Shown here: piece by piece, positions 21,431 to 31,445 of the stretch
Layout: every line of letters begins with the position of its first letter
How positions within the stretch are numbered: position 1 is the first letter of the stretch
Assembly: GCA_001629255.1 (NCBI GenBank)
Contig: LURZ01000001.1
Span: forward strand, 6,850 to 70,849
Reading direction: 5' to 3'
DNA: 64,000 bases
Source of the DNA: Marine group II euryarchaeote REDSEA-S42_B7
GTDB lineage: Archaea > Thermoplasmatota > Poseidoniia > Poseidoniales > Thalassarchaeaceae
The notes under the pieces: generated by a model
Told to the model about the DNA's origin: nothing
The model's database searches: none
The model's input: only the letters and a program-made list of their open reading frames with translations
Program-made: the position numbers and the translations under genes

Positions 21431-23950
21431 ATGACCAGAGCCTACTCGATAGCCATAGTGCTCTCGATGCTAGCGGTTTGTGTACCCTCGTCACTAGTTT
21501 GGGCAGAGGAAGGGCAAATCAACAGTTGTGAAATCCTTGCAGATTGGGATCAGCAATGGGACTTCTCAGGGGATGGAGGTTCCGAGCTTTCTCTTGTCCA
21601 CAGGTATCGGGTAGTTTTCGACCCACCACTCTCTGACTCCATATCACATGAGGAAGTGAACACTAGTGTCGAGCATACCAGAGGCTCCTTACAATCGTCT
21701 GGACAGAACTCCTCGATATTCATGGCTGGAGGTGAGATAGAAATAATTCTGGAAGAACAGCCTCAGTTCGGGGATTATGTCGGGATATCTGTTCAATCTC
21801 CGGTTGCCTCGTGTAGCCGCTCGCTGAATATTACAAACTGGAACCAACCAATCTCAGATCATGAGGTCACAAGAGAAACAAATTGGTCACTTTCAGGAAT
21901 GGAGGGGGATAGTCAGGGAGTCACTTTCGAGGGTAGAGGCTGGCAAAAGAGAACTGGGGACGTCTTGGAGTCCAATGAACTAGGTAATGGTACTCTAAAC
22001 CTAGATATGGCGGATGGCTCTCAGGGAGCAGCAATAGATCTTGGTTTAGACAGAATCTGGCTAAATGAGACCTATCATGGAACCGAACTAATCAGCCAAG
22101 ACTTCGAGATGGCTGGTTCTGGACACATCGCGATTTCGATCGATGAAGGCGATGAGGGAGCGATAGTTAACGCGGAGATCAAGGATGCTTATGTTCTAAG
22201 GTCATTCAAAGATGCCAAGATCACTGAGAGGATGAGGTTCGAGGGAGATGGATGGATTTCCATCGATGGCGGAGATAACGAGAGCTCCGGAGGAGTCTTT
22301 GGAGAGGTATTCTTGCTTTACTTCGAGACTTGGGACGAGGATGGCTTTCGGAGACTCCAGGATATCCAGATTGAAGCCAATGCATCTGCCAGAATATCTG
22401 CAGCAGGCGAGTTCTTCTCCTTTGATTTGGAAGAGCTAATACTCAGGGATAAATGGGAAGAGGGCATCAGGACTGACCAGTACTCTAGGATTTTCGGAAG
22501 CGGGCAGTTCGACTTCACAGCCTCAGATGAGGCCCCATACATCGAGGTCAATGGCACCATCCCTATCATTCACATGCAGTCCGAAGGCGGAGAGACCGTT
22601 GCTGACACAATAATTGTCGATGGTACCTACGATGGTGATGCTGAGGGCTCCTTTGGTCTAGTGCGCAGGATTGTAGAATCTGATGTCTACGGTAATGCGA
22701 CTGGGACCCTTTTCGAGGCTGACAAAATCCAGAATGAATTTTGGTTCAACGTCTCTGCCACGCCTTTCGGCCCAATAGACCAGGAGTGGGGAGCTGAGCA
22801 CAACCTGACCTATGAGTATGTAGTCCCTCAAGAGGACTGGATGAATCGAACGATTCGTTATACATATGTCGAGGACAATGGATCTACAGAGGACGAGTTC
22901 CCCGAGAACTCCCCTATAATCCAGAATCCAGATTCTCCCGAAGCGAACGCCATCTTCTCTAACCATATCTCTAGAGAGACCGGGGTATGCCCTCAGATAT
23001 TGGCAATAGGAGATAGTTTCCAACTCATAGGCAATAGGGAAATGACTCTGGAAGTATCCGTAACCAACAGCAAAATCGCATACATAGATGGTCATGAGAT
23101 TTCAGTAGCTGAGTGGCATGGTATATTCGGAGGCATCAACTCGGCGAATGGGAGCATCATCAACGAGGGGCCACTTTCTGGATTGCTGAACGAAGTCAGT
23201 CGAGTAGTAACATTGGACATAGGTGACAACTCCGAGATTTCCCTTACAGAAGAGCAGAGAGTGGATAGGATTCTTTCCCCTTCGATAGTCACTTTCGATG
23301 AGAACACCCCTCCCATGCTCTCCAGCAACTCGGAGTCCTCGGTAAGATTCCGCGAGTCTGTCCTATCTTCGGAGGGGGGCATTGCTCACCTGGAGATTTC
23401 TATCGATGACACAGATACAGATACGAAATCAGTGATAGTGGACCTTTCTTCTATCGGTATGGGGCTTATCGAACTCTCAGACTCGGGGCTTTCCGGCGAT
23501 CTTGTTATTCACGATGATGTCTGGACGGCGAGAATCGTCCATAACGGCCTCCAAAGCGGCAATCTCCCAATCTCTGTAATAATGGAGGATTATTGGGTTA
23601 CAAATCAACAGGACGTCAGCATTCAGATTTCCAATGCACCACCTCGCCTCATTCATCTTGACTTCACTCCTGACAGCGCCTTCAGAGGTGATGAGGTACA
23701 AGTTCACCTAGGTGCCTATGATGGCCACGGAATCAAGTCTGTTTCAGTTAACCTACAGTCCATGGGCGGTTCAATGGTCGAATTATCGCCCGAGCCCGTC
23801 GAATCTGTCTGGGAATGGCAGCATAATGGAGATGCGAGATCGACGGAAATTACGACATGGTCGGGTTCCTTCCAAATTCCCCCAAGTATGTCTCCTGGGA
23901 GGTCCTCATCGGGAATCAACCCCCCTCCATCACTAATCTTACAATCCTGA
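21431..23950 (+). CDS. large secreted cell-surface protein, N-terminal approx. 840 aa; the reading frame is interrupted near 23860-23950
   Basis: The signal peptide MTRAYSIAIVLSMLAVCVPSSLVWA starts at the third ATG. The body is long, beta-rich and repetitive. The frame terminates while a +1 frame opens (overlap 23857-23950) and continues into a C-terminal TM anchor. Confidence 0.5.
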   Translation: MTRAYSIAIVLSMLAVCVPSSLVWAEEGQINSCEILADWDQQWDFSGDGGSELSLVHRYRVVFDPPLSDSISHEEVNTSVEHTRGSLQSSGQNSSIFMAGGEIEIILEEQPQFGDYVGISVQSPVASCSRSLNITNWNQPISDHEVTRETNWSLSGMEGDSQGVTFEGRGWQKRTGDVLESNELGNGTLNLDMADGSQGAAIDLGLDRIWLNETYHGTELISQDFEMAGSGHIAISIDEGDEGAIVNAEIKDAYVLRSFKDAKITERMRFEGDGWISIDGGDNESSGGVFGEVFLLYFETWDEDGFRRLQDIQIEANASARISAAGEFFSFDLEELILRDKWEEGIRTDQYSRIFGSGQFDFTASDEAPYIEVNGTIPIIHMQSEGGETVADTIIVDGTYDGDAEGSFGLVRRIVESDVYGNATGTLFEADKIQNEFWFNVSATPFGPIDQEWGAEHNLTYEYVVPQEDWMNRTIRYTYVEDNGSTEDEFPENSPIIQNPDSPEANAIFSNHISRETGVCPQILAIGDSFQLIGNREMTLEVSVTNSKIAYIDGHEISVAEWHGIFGGINSANGSIINEGPLSGLLNEVSRVVTLDIGDNSEISLTEEQRVDRILSPSIVTFDENTPPMLSSNSESSVRFRESVLSSEGGIAHLEISIDDTDTDTKSVIVDLSSIGMGLIELSDSGLSGDLVIHDDVWTARIVHNGLQSGNLPISVIMEDYWVTNQQDVSIQISNAPPRLIHLDFTPDSAFRGDEVQVHLGAYDGHGIKSVSVNLQSMGGSMVELSPEPVESVWEWQHNGDARSTEITTWSGSFQIPPSMSPGRSSSGINPPPSLILQS

Positions 23951-24420
23951 GGGATGGGAATCCAGTCGATAAAGTCACGTCACTTAACTCAGGAGGCGAG
24001 TTGAATTATACCCTTGAGGCCACCATTCAGGACTTCGATGGAGTCTCCTCCGCCCAGGCAAAGATAGGAAGACTTGCCCCCATTGGTCAGTCAGAGGTAT
24101 GGCAGTTGATGTCGGACAACGGTATTGGTCCCGATAGGATGGCTAATGACGGGGTATTCTCATTGGCATTCTCGGCTAGGTCTTCTCTCAGCGAAGGGGA
24201 GATGACATTGCTCATCCGAGCGACTGACATCTTCCTTTCCACGACCGCGGATCAAGACCAACAACACAATGTCACCATTACTAAGTCAGACTCCGTAAAA
24301 TCGGGGACTTCTTGGATTTCTTCTAACTCTACTGGAATAATTCTGATCTCACTCGTGACATTGCTTGCTGTAGGGGTCGGGGCTTTCATCAATATCCTAA
24401 GGAATTCAGAACTGGAATAG
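23857..24420 (+). CDS. C-terminal portion of the same surface protein (post-frameshift), ending in a transmembrane anchor
   Basis: Carries Ig-like segments and the C-terminal hydrophobic stretch ILISLVTLLAVGVGAFI followed by a short charged tail. It overlaps the upstream ORF in a different frame. Confidence 0.45.
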   Translation: MVGFLPNSPKYVSWEVLIGNQPPSITNLTILRDGNPVDKVTSLNSGGELNYTLEATIQDFDGVSSAQAKIGRLAPIGQSEVWQLMSDNGIGPDRMANDGVFSLAFSARSSLSEGEMTLLIRATDIFLSTTADQDQQHNVTITKSDSVKSGTSWISSNSTGIILISLVTLLAVGVGAFINILRNSELE

Positions 24421-24422
24421 AA

Positions 24423-24497
24423 TGGTGCGAGTGCCGGGATTTGAACCCGGGTTCCCACGTTGGCAACGTGGGGTGATAACCGCTACACTACACTCGC
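24423..24497 (-). tRNA. tRNA-Gly (anticodon GCC), CCA encoded
   Basis: The reverse complement folds as a canonical cloverleaf. Acceptor GCGAGTG/CACTCGC, anticodon stem CCACG/CGTGG with loop TTGCCAA (anticodon GCC), T-arm CCGGG-TTCAAAT-CCCGG, discriminator A, then CCA. Confidence 0.85.
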
Positions 24498-24526
24498 GCA
24501 GGCTTTTGCAGGACCGACCGGCTTTT

Positions 24527-24910
24527 CTAAGCGTCGGTACCCCTGTCAATAATTGCGTTCACTCTCGCTCTAATTTCATCTCTCGTAATTCTATAGGCTT
24601 CAATCTCTCTACCAAATGGGTCTTCCAGCCCCCAGTCCTCGTCAATTGGTAGGGCCGGACAACTAACGCCACACCCCATGCTGATTATTTTGTCAAAGTC
24701 TTCTGGATCGACAAAATCTACAGATTTAGGATGAAGGCCCCTGGTGTCGATGTCAATTTCTTCAAGCACTATCAAGGCATTTGGCGCCACCCCTCTGTCT
24801 TCTGGAGGATGAGTTCCAGCAGAAGATGCGCTATGCCCCAAATCTCTAGCAATAGCCTCAGCCATCTGACTTCTGCATGTATTTCCAACGCAAACGAACA
24901 GGAGTCGCAC
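24527..24910 (-). CDS. low-molecular-weight protein-tyrosine phosphatase / ArsC-family arsenate reductase
   Basis: N-terminal CX5R P-loop (LLFVCVGNTCRSQMAEA) and a length of 127 aa. Confidence 0.7.
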   Translation of the reverse strand: MRLLFVCVGNTCRSQMAEAIARDLGHSASSAGTHPPEDRGVAPNALIVLEEIDIDTRGLHPKSVDFVDPEDFDKIISMGCGVSCPALPIDEDWGLEDPFGREIEAYRITRDEIRARVNAIIDRGTDA

Positions 24911-25007
24911 GTATCCAGGATGCGGTAGGGACTAATTAACGGATTCACAATACAGGGTATAGTCTAAATCTCTTCAGAATAGGTTTCAATAATATCCCTT
25001 CGAACGG

Positions 25008-26027
25008 ATGTCTATGGCTGACTCTCCCGTGTCTCATCATCCTGCCGGATCTTCTTCGGAACCAGGCAATTCAGAGGCATCAAACGAGCAGAGAGCCCAG
25101 ATGGAACAGGCATACCAGCAGATGCAGAGGAAGATGAGAATCGGTAAGATGGACGAGCAGATAAAACACAAAATCATGGTACTCTCGGGCAAAGGAGGGG
25201 TCGGAAAATCAACGGTTGCCACCGGACTAGCCCTTTCTCTAGCGCGCGAGGGGAAGAAGGTCGGGCTGATGGATATTGATATTACAGGCCCAAACGTGCC
25301 TAAGATGTTAGGTCTCGAAGATGCAGACCTGAATGTCGAAGACGGCCAGATTCATCCGGCCGAAGGGCCAGCCGGAGTCAAAGTGATTTCAATGGCCTTC
25401 CTACTTGAGGATCCAGACAAGCCGGTAATCTGGCGCGGGCCGATAAAGTTGGGAGCGATTCAGCAGTTCATCGGTGACGTGGCATGGGGGGAACTAGACG
25501 CTCTAATTATCGACTTCCCACCTGGAACTGGTGATGAACCATTGACAGTTAGCCAGAGCCTCCCGGGGATAGATGGTGTAGTTATCGTGACTACTCCTCA
25601 AGAAGTCGCCCTCTTAGATAGTAGGAAATCGATCAACTTCGCCAAAACAATCTCAGTTCCGGTCTTGGGAGTTGTAGAGAATATGAGCGGCTATACTATC
25701 AGAGGCAAGTCTGAACCTAACTCTAAGGTTTCAATAATGGGTCCGGGAGGGGTGCCTATTAACTGCCAATCGGACAAAGACGGAAGATGGGAAGTCACTC
25801 TGGATGTCTTCAAGTCGGGCGGGGGGGAAGAATCATCCAGAGAATTGGAGGTCCCCTTCCTAGGTTCCCTCCCTTTCGATCCCGGAATAGTCAGAGGAGG
25901 AGATGATGGAGTGCATCGAATCATTGCAGAGCCGGAGGGAGAAACAGCCAAGGCATTCAAATCGATAGTAGAAGGAATCGTTGAGCAGCTCGAGAAGGGG
26001 TCACAACGTTCTCTAAGGATTATCTAA
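25008..26027 (+). CDS. Mrp/NBP35 (ApbC) family Fe-S cluster carrier ATPase
   Basis: Walker A motif VLSGKGGVGKST, a Mrp signature and a conserved CxxC-region context, with a C-terminal extension. Confidence 0.85.
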   Translation: MSMADSPVSHHPAGSSSEPGNSEASNEQRAQMEQAYQQMQRKMRIGKMDEQIKHKIMVLSGKGGVGKSTVATGLALSLAREGKKVGLMDIDITGPNVPKMLGLEDADLNVEDGQIHPAEGPAGVKVISMAFLLEDPDKPVIWRGPIKLGAIQQFIGDVAWGELDALIIDFPPGTGDEPLTVSQSLPGIDGVVIVTTPQEVALLDSRKSINFAKTISVPVLGVVENMSGYTIRGKSEPNSKVSIMGPGGVPINCQSDKDGRWEVTLDVFKSGGGEESSRELEVPFLGSLPFDPGIVRGGDDGVHRIIAEPEGETAKAFKSIVEGIVEQLEKGSQRSLRII

Positions 26028-26080
26028 CGTCCAATCCTTGCGTCGAATTGATGACATAGTCACAGTCCCAAGAGTCCGTA

Positions 26081-28174
26081 ATGGTTGCTGAAACAGGCAT
26101 CTACATCACCTGGGTGACAGGTGCTATTCTGATCAGCATAGCAATGATGCCTCTGTTCAAGCCCAAATACGCAAGGATCAGCCTGGATGGATTCATCGAT
26201 ATGTTCAGACGATATTGGGCGCACATGATAGTAGTCTTCTCAGTCTATCTTTGGAAGGACCTACTCGATGGTCTGGACAGGATTTTGATGGCAAACACTC
26301 AGCTGGATATGACTTTCTTAGTTTATGCGATAGAAGGTGATGCTTCCCTATGGGTTCAAGAGGGACTCAGGAGCGATTTCTTGGACGTAATCATGACTCA
26401 TTTTTACGTAATGGGATTCATGACGGCAATCTTCTCATCCTTCATTTATCCAATATACTTTGACGATAGGCACATGGCTGACAGAGTTTCTCTTTCCATG
26501 TTTTGGGTGTACATCCTTGCAATACCATTCTACCTGTTCCTGAATGTCAAAGTTACAGGAAATTACATCCAAGGCATGGAGACTGTAGCATATGACCTGA
26601 CGCCTGAAATTCATAATTGGTTCAATAGAATCGATCCATTCACAAATGGGATGCCCAGCCTCCACATCGGACTACCCTTTGCGATTTGGCTAACGATGCA
26701 CAGATGGGATGAGGATGGAAGGTGGAACAGGTTCCGATACTTCCTCATCATTTTCATTGCCCTGACCTCTGTGGCGATAATATATCTCGGAATCCACTGG
26801 TTCTTAGACATAATCGGAGGAATGGTGGTTGGCATTCTGGCTGTATACATCACTTCAAGAACACATGAGCCAATATGGAAAATGGCCGATGAGAGACTTT
26901 TCACCAGGAGACTAGCACGTGTACTGGATAACCCGAGAGGATCGGTAAGAAGCAGCCTAAACTCACTCACAAAGTCTCTTGACCCAATTAAAGAACCAGG
27001 CAAGAACCAGACAGGCGCGATTATTCTGGCACTAATCCTCTTAACAGGATCAGTTCTATTGTGGGACGTCACTCATCAGAAGATATCCATCGACGAAGCT
27101 GAATCTCCTACATCAGCCTCTGGTTCAGGAGAGTGGTTGATTTGGATTGAGGACTCTGGCCAGGAAATTTCGATTACGGCTACCAACGTCATATCAAAAA
27201 CAAATAGAACACTGGGAGGAATGACATGGGAAAGTCCGCCTCAAGTCGTCTCTTCAGGGAACAGTTTCGCAGTTTATGATGAATTCAGAGTCGACTACTT
27301 CCGTCATGACTCAGGGGCTGGAATACTCGAACCAATTTTCAGTGAGTCGTCAGCAGAGTATCTGATCGACATTTCTATTTCCTCATCTTCCAGCGGTACT
27401 GGATACATAGCAATGCTATCCAACGAGAGTCTAAGAATAATGGACACCAGTGATCAATCTATTAGAATTCTAGAGTCTGTATCGAACTCCTCGGTAATCG
27501 CCTCTTCGGGTCCACTAGTGGCATTTTCCGAGAACTCCCCCTCCGGCCCTACTGTGAACATAACTTCGGCAGACTCTGATCTGACTCTAACCATCCTATT
27601 GGATCCCCGCTCCTCAGAAAGAATAGAAGAGTCAATCAGGAACTCTGGTGCTTTGCTAGATTTCGGGAACTCCACCATAGTTGAACTGGTAATGGACTCG
27701 AATTGGCTAGTCGCGACTGTAAATGTCGGTCCCTTCAATAGGACAATCATAGTTGACACATCATCGATCAATCAGACTTTGATTTCTAACCCTAGGTGGG
27801 ACTCATCCTCTCCTAGTATAGGGGAGGGGAAGGTCGCATTCCTCCAAGTAACGAGAGATAGCATCATCTCCACATCTCAAGACTCACTTAGGAACAATGA
27901 CGTTTACGTCTACTACATCGAATCTGCGGAGACTAGACAGCACACCTTCGACGATGATGTTGATCAGTTTCAACCTCAGATATTGCTGGACCGACTAGCC
28001 TGGATAGAAGTAAATGACCAAGGAGAGAAGCAGTTACTGGTATACTCATTCATCGATACAATAGAGCCCCGCAACTCTCTTCTCCTACAAGCCTCGATAC
28101 TCGCTATGATTCCGCTCATTTTCCTATGGACGCTCCAGTCATATGGGGCCAAGATAGTCACTCAGCGAGTCTGA
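26081..28174 (+). CDS. membrane protein with a PAP2-like phosphatase core fused to a large extracytoplasmic C-terminal domain
   Basis: Multi-TM N-terminus with PAP2-like motifs (…MPSLHIG… and …LGIHWFLDIIGG…). This is followed by about 400 aa of Ser/Thr-rich, beta-repeat-like sequence and a final TM segment. Confidence 0.4.
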   Translation: MVAETGIYITWVTGAILISIAMMPLFKPKYARISLDGFIDMFRRYWAHMIVVFSVYLWKDLLDGLDRILMANTQLDMTFLVYAIEGDASLWVQEGLRSDFLDVIMTHFYVMGFMTAIFSSFIYPIYFDDRHMADRVSLSMFWVYILAIPFYLFLNVKVTGNYIQGMETVAYDLTPEIHNWFNRIDPFTNGMPSLHIGLPFAIWLTMHRWDEDGRWNRFRYFLIIFIALTSVAIIYLGIHWFLDIIGGMVVGILAVYITSRTHEPIWKMADERLFTRRLARVLDNPRGSVRSSLNSLTKSLDPIKEPGKNQTGAIILALILLTGSVLLWDVTHQKISIDEAESPTSASGSGEWLIWIEDSGQEISITATNVISKTNRTLGGMTWESPPQVVSSGNSFAVYDEFRVDYFRHDSGAGILEPIFSESSAEYLIDISISSSSSGTGYIAMLSNESLRIMDTSDQSIRILESVSNSSVIASSGPLVAFSENSPSGPTVNITSADSDLTLTILLDPRSSERIEESIRNSGALLDFGNSTIVELVMDSNWLVATVNVGPFNRTIIVDTSSINQTLISNPRWDSSSPSIGEGKVAFLQVTRDSIISTSQDSLRNNDVYVYYIESAETRQHTFDDDVDQFQPQILLDRLAWIEVNDQGEKQLLVYSFIDTIEPRNSLLLQASILAMIPLIFLWTLQSYGAKIVTQRV

Positions 28175-29270
28175 ACATCTCATCCAGGCTCCTAGAGGCC
28201 CTTCTTATCGTATCCTCTGGGATATCCACAATCTGATCTTTAGTGGGATCCATCAGTGCCTGTAGTATGTCCTCCAACTGAGTCTTCTTCATGTGCCTGC
28301 ACATTACGCAGGCACCCATCAGATTCAGGTTGTCTTCCGTCTCAGCGAGAACCCTGTCTGCGGTGCCGCATTCAGTGATTAGCATCATGTCCTTCTTTCC
28401 TACGCTCGCGAGTCGAATAGCCTCGTTCATCAATAACTCGCTACTACCTACAAAGTCACTTTCGTCTAGCACTTCTGAGTCACACTCGGGATGACTCAGA
28501 ACCACAAGATCGATCCCGTTCTCGGCCATGCTACTCTTCCAGTTTCTTATCTTGGGGCCAGTAAACTCTGCATGGACCTCGCATTCTCCATCGTACAGAA
28601 TAACTTCCTTGCGACCTTGGAGCGACTGCTGAAGGTGTCTTCCCATGTACTTGTCCGGTACGAAAATCAACTTGTCTCCTGGTAATCTTTCGCAGATTCT
28701 AAGATAATTGCTACTGGTAACACAAACGTCGCACTCGGCCTTAACAGCAGCACTGGTATTAATGTAGCAAACTACTGGTACTCCAGGATTCTCTTCTTTC
28801 AATCTGACTACGTCTCCAGCCTCAATGCTGTCACTCAGTGAGCAGCCTGCATCTGGGGATGGATGCAACACAGTCTTCTCGGGACTGACTATCTTCGCAG
28901 TCTCTGCCATAAATCTGACGCTTGAGAAAAGTATGGTCTGCTGATGGGCATCTCTTGCTTCCTTTGAAAGGGCGTAACTATCGGCTACTGAGTCTGCAAC
29001 ACCATATGTGATGTCAGGGGTCTGGTAGGAGTGGGCAATTAGGAAAACATCCTTCTCTTTCTTTATTCGATTTATTTCTAGAGTCAGAGGAGCCAATGAC
29101 TTACAGATCTCGATACTCCATCTCATCGGCTGCTTGATTGCATATTGAAGCCTTATTGCCTCTTTCTCTATCTCTGAGTCGGAGTAACCAAAAGTTCCCA
29201 AGAAAACTCTCGGGACCGGGGCAGCTGGCATGTCCAGAACCATATCGACTGACCGATCGTCGGAGTGCAA
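28158..29270 (-). CDS. nadA: quinolinate synthase A
   Basis: NadA motifs LIAHSYQ, CEVHAEF, LVVLSHPEC, MLITECG and CVMCRHMK are present. The ORF has an N-terminal extension of about 55 aa; the true start may be an internal Met near 29126. Confidence 0.8.
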   Translation of the reverse strand: MHSDDRSVDMVLDMPAAPVPRVFLGTFGYSDSEIEKEAIRLQYAIKQPMRWSIEICKSLAPLTLEINRIKKEKDVFLIAHSYQTPDITYGVADSVADSYALSKEARDAHQQTILFSSVRFMAETAKIVSPEKTVLHPSPDAGCSLSDSIEAGDVVRLKEENPGVPVVCYINTSAAVKAECDVCVTSSNYLRICERLPGDKLIFVPDKYMGRHLQQSLQGRKEVILYDGECEVHAEFTGPKIRNWKSSMAENGIDLVVLSHPECDSEVLDESDFVGSSELLMNEAIRLASVGKKDMMLITECGTADRVLAETEDNLNLMGACVMCRHMKKTQLEDILQALMDPTKDQIVDIPEDTIRRASRSLDEMFRLAE

Positions 29271-29301
29271 CCGCTTTCAACTCATCTGGTGTCGGGTTTG
29301 C

Positions 29302-29964
29302 ATGGAGTGTCCAGCGATTCACATTTGGAAGCCGGAAATTGTACTTCATGAAGGAGCCGAGGCAATCGTAACGGCTGGCTCTTGGCTTGGTAGGAGGGCC
29401 GTACTAAAGTACCGCAGACCTCGCAGATATCGACATCCAGACCTAGATAGAAGGCTGACACGTCAGAGGATGGCGGTAGAGGCCAGAGTACTATCCAGGC
29501 TATCTGCTGCTGGGTTCCCCTCGCCGAATCTAATGTTAATGGAACCGGACCAATCTACAATGTTGCTGTCCAGGATCGAAGGAAAGACCCTATACGACGT
29601 TCTGAAGTCAGAAGACTCTTCTGAAGATATTCTACATTCCCTGGGAGGTTTGATTCGGAGATTACATGAGACGGGAATTTCACACGGAGATCTAACCACT
29701 CACAATGTAATGGTCTCGGAAGATAATCTATATCTAATCGACTTCGGACTTTCTCGACAATCTCCCGAATTGGAGCATTTCGGACTCGATTTACAGGTCC
29801 TTAGGGAGTGCTTGGGCTCAAGCCACACAAACATGCCCGATGCAATCGAGAGAGTGTGCGAAGGTTACATGGATTACGAGTGCCAAAATAGCGATTCAGA
29901 GAGTGCCAACAATGTCATTGAGAGATTTCACAAGATCGTGGGAAGGGTCAGGTATCATGGATAG
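29302..29964 (+). CDS. Kae1-associated kinase Bud32 (RIO-like atypical protein kinase)
   Basis: GAEAIV, a catalytic HGDLTTHNVMV and LIDFGLS. The start was moved to the internal ATG (MECPAIHIW) to match Bud32 N-termini and avoid overlap with the nadA start. Confidence 0.75.
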   Translation: MECPAIHIWKPEIVLHEGAEAIVTAGSWLGRRAVLKYRRPRRYRHPDLDRRLTRQRMAVEARVLSRLSAAGFPSPNLMLMEPDQSTMLLSRIEGKTLYDVLKSEDSSEDILHSLGGLIRRLHETGISHGDLTTHNVMVSEDNLYLIDFGLSRQSPELEHFGLDLQVLRECLGSSHTNMPDAIERVCEGYMDYECQNSDSESANNVIERFHKIVGRVRYHG

Positions 29965-29973
29965 GTTGGGATA

Positions 29974-30482
29974 ATGAGAATTCTCTTTGTCACAGGTAAC
30001 CAAAATAAGGTAACCGAAGCACACGGCATACTCTCTCCCCTAGGTTTCGTTATTGAGCAGTTATTAATTGGGGGTCAGGTCCCAGACCTAATCGAGCCAC
30101 AAGCAGAAGGAATTGAGGAGGTTGCTAAATCTAAGCTGGACCAAGCCGTTTCGCTAACAATGGGTACAGAATTTGAGAATGAGGCATTACTTGTCGAGGA
30201 CTCCGGCCTATTCATTGATTCTCTTTCGGGCTTTCCGGGACCTTATTCCTCGTTCGTCCAGGAGACAATCGGATTGTACTGACCTCCACAGGAATATGCA
30301 GAGGTTTTATTTCAGAAAATATATCTGGTGATTTTGGCTTTGGCTTTGACCCCATTTTCATCCCCGAAGAAGCCAATGGTAGGACATGCGCCCAACTGTC
30401 TTCTCATGAGAAATCAACCATCTCGCATCGTGGATTCGCTCTAAAGGGAGTTTCTGAACTCCTGAATCCCCCGTCAAAGTGA
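29974..30482 (+). pseudogene. non-canonical purine NTP pyrophosphatase (Ham1/RdgB/ITPase), interrupted by a frameshift at about 30280
   Basis: The N-terminal half (MRILFVTGNQNKV…) ends at a TGA at 30280. The C-terminal half with the diagnostic FGFGFDPIFIP…ISHRGFAL motif continues in another frame through about 30482. Confidence 0.7.
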
Positions 30483-30498
30483 ATAGAAGCACTCCTAC

Positions 30499-31404
30499 TT
30501 GGGCGGAGTAATGGTCACCGCCACCAGACTCCTGCTGTTCGTAATGACCGCGGTCTCAATCCCAATTTACCTCGTTTTCATCGTCCCAGAGGGACTTCTA
30601 ATGCAGGCCGCAGGTGCGGTCCTGATACTCCTCCTAGTCTCAATGATTCTTTTCACAGGCAGGAGTCCGGCACCTTCCGTTGTCAAAGAGAGTCAAGTCG
30701 TCATCGAGGCCGACTCCACTTTCGGGGACATCGAACTCCCTGCACCGGTCCTTTCTGAAGAGAAAACTGGCGAAATCAGGGAATCAAAGATTCGAAGGAG
30801 CAGAGGCAGGCAGAAGGCGCCAGAAATTACAGAACTGCCAATGCCTCAATCCATGCCTGAACAGTCCCCCTCCATTTCCATGGACGCCCCTGATTCACCC
30901 GATTTCCAGGTGGAAGAGGCAGAGGGCACTGCCAGGGTCCACATCGCAAAAGCAGATCCCGAACTTCAGGCAGAAGCTGAGGTCGATCGATACCTAGAAC
31001 AGCAGAAGCAGAGGAGGGAGATTTTCAGAGAGAGGCTACACAAGGAAAGGCGGATGGAGATGTCCAAGAGAATGGCCGAAGAAGCTGGCAAGTGGACTGA
31101 AATAGAGGATGGTGAAGACCTCTCGACTCTGACTAGTATCCCGGGACACGGTTTGGCTGTGTTGTATGAGCCAGAAGAGCCCGATGCCTCGATTCCTCAG
31201 GGAATCTCATACTTCAGAATTGATGACGAGCGGATTCTAAAGATTCGTGTATCATTGGATGCCCCCAGAGGAATGCAAGCCGATACTAATGAAATCCAAG
31301 ACAATGAATTAGATGACGATTTCCATGACCCTCCTCCTCAGGGGATGCCGATGCCACCACTCCCTCTCCCGGATATACCGCCTCCGGTTGGGGCAGATGA
31401 CTAG
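30499..31404 (+). CDS. hypothetical membrane-anchored protein with charged coiled region and Pro-rich C-terminus
   Basis: Two N-terminal hydrophobic helices, a Glu/Arg-rich middle and a PPPQGMPMPPLPLPDIPPP tail. It matches no known family. Confidence 0.35.
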   Translation: MGGVMVTATRLLLFVMTAVSIPIYLVFIVPEGLLMQAAGAVLILLLVSMILFTGRSPAPSVVKESQVVIEADSTFGDIELPAPVLSEEKTGEIRESKIRRSRGRQKAPEITELPMPQSMPEQSPSISMDAPDSPDFQVEEAEGTARVHIAKADPELQAEAEVDRYLEQQKQRREIFRERLHKERRMEMSKRMAEEAGKWTEIEDGEDLSTLTSIPGHGLAVLYEPEEPDASIPQGISYFRIDDERILKIRVSLDAPRGMQADTNEIQDNELDDDFHDPPPQGMPMPPLPLPDIPPPVGADD

Positions 31405-31445
31405 TCAAGTGATACGTTGAAGCGATACGACCCGTTCGGCGTTGC

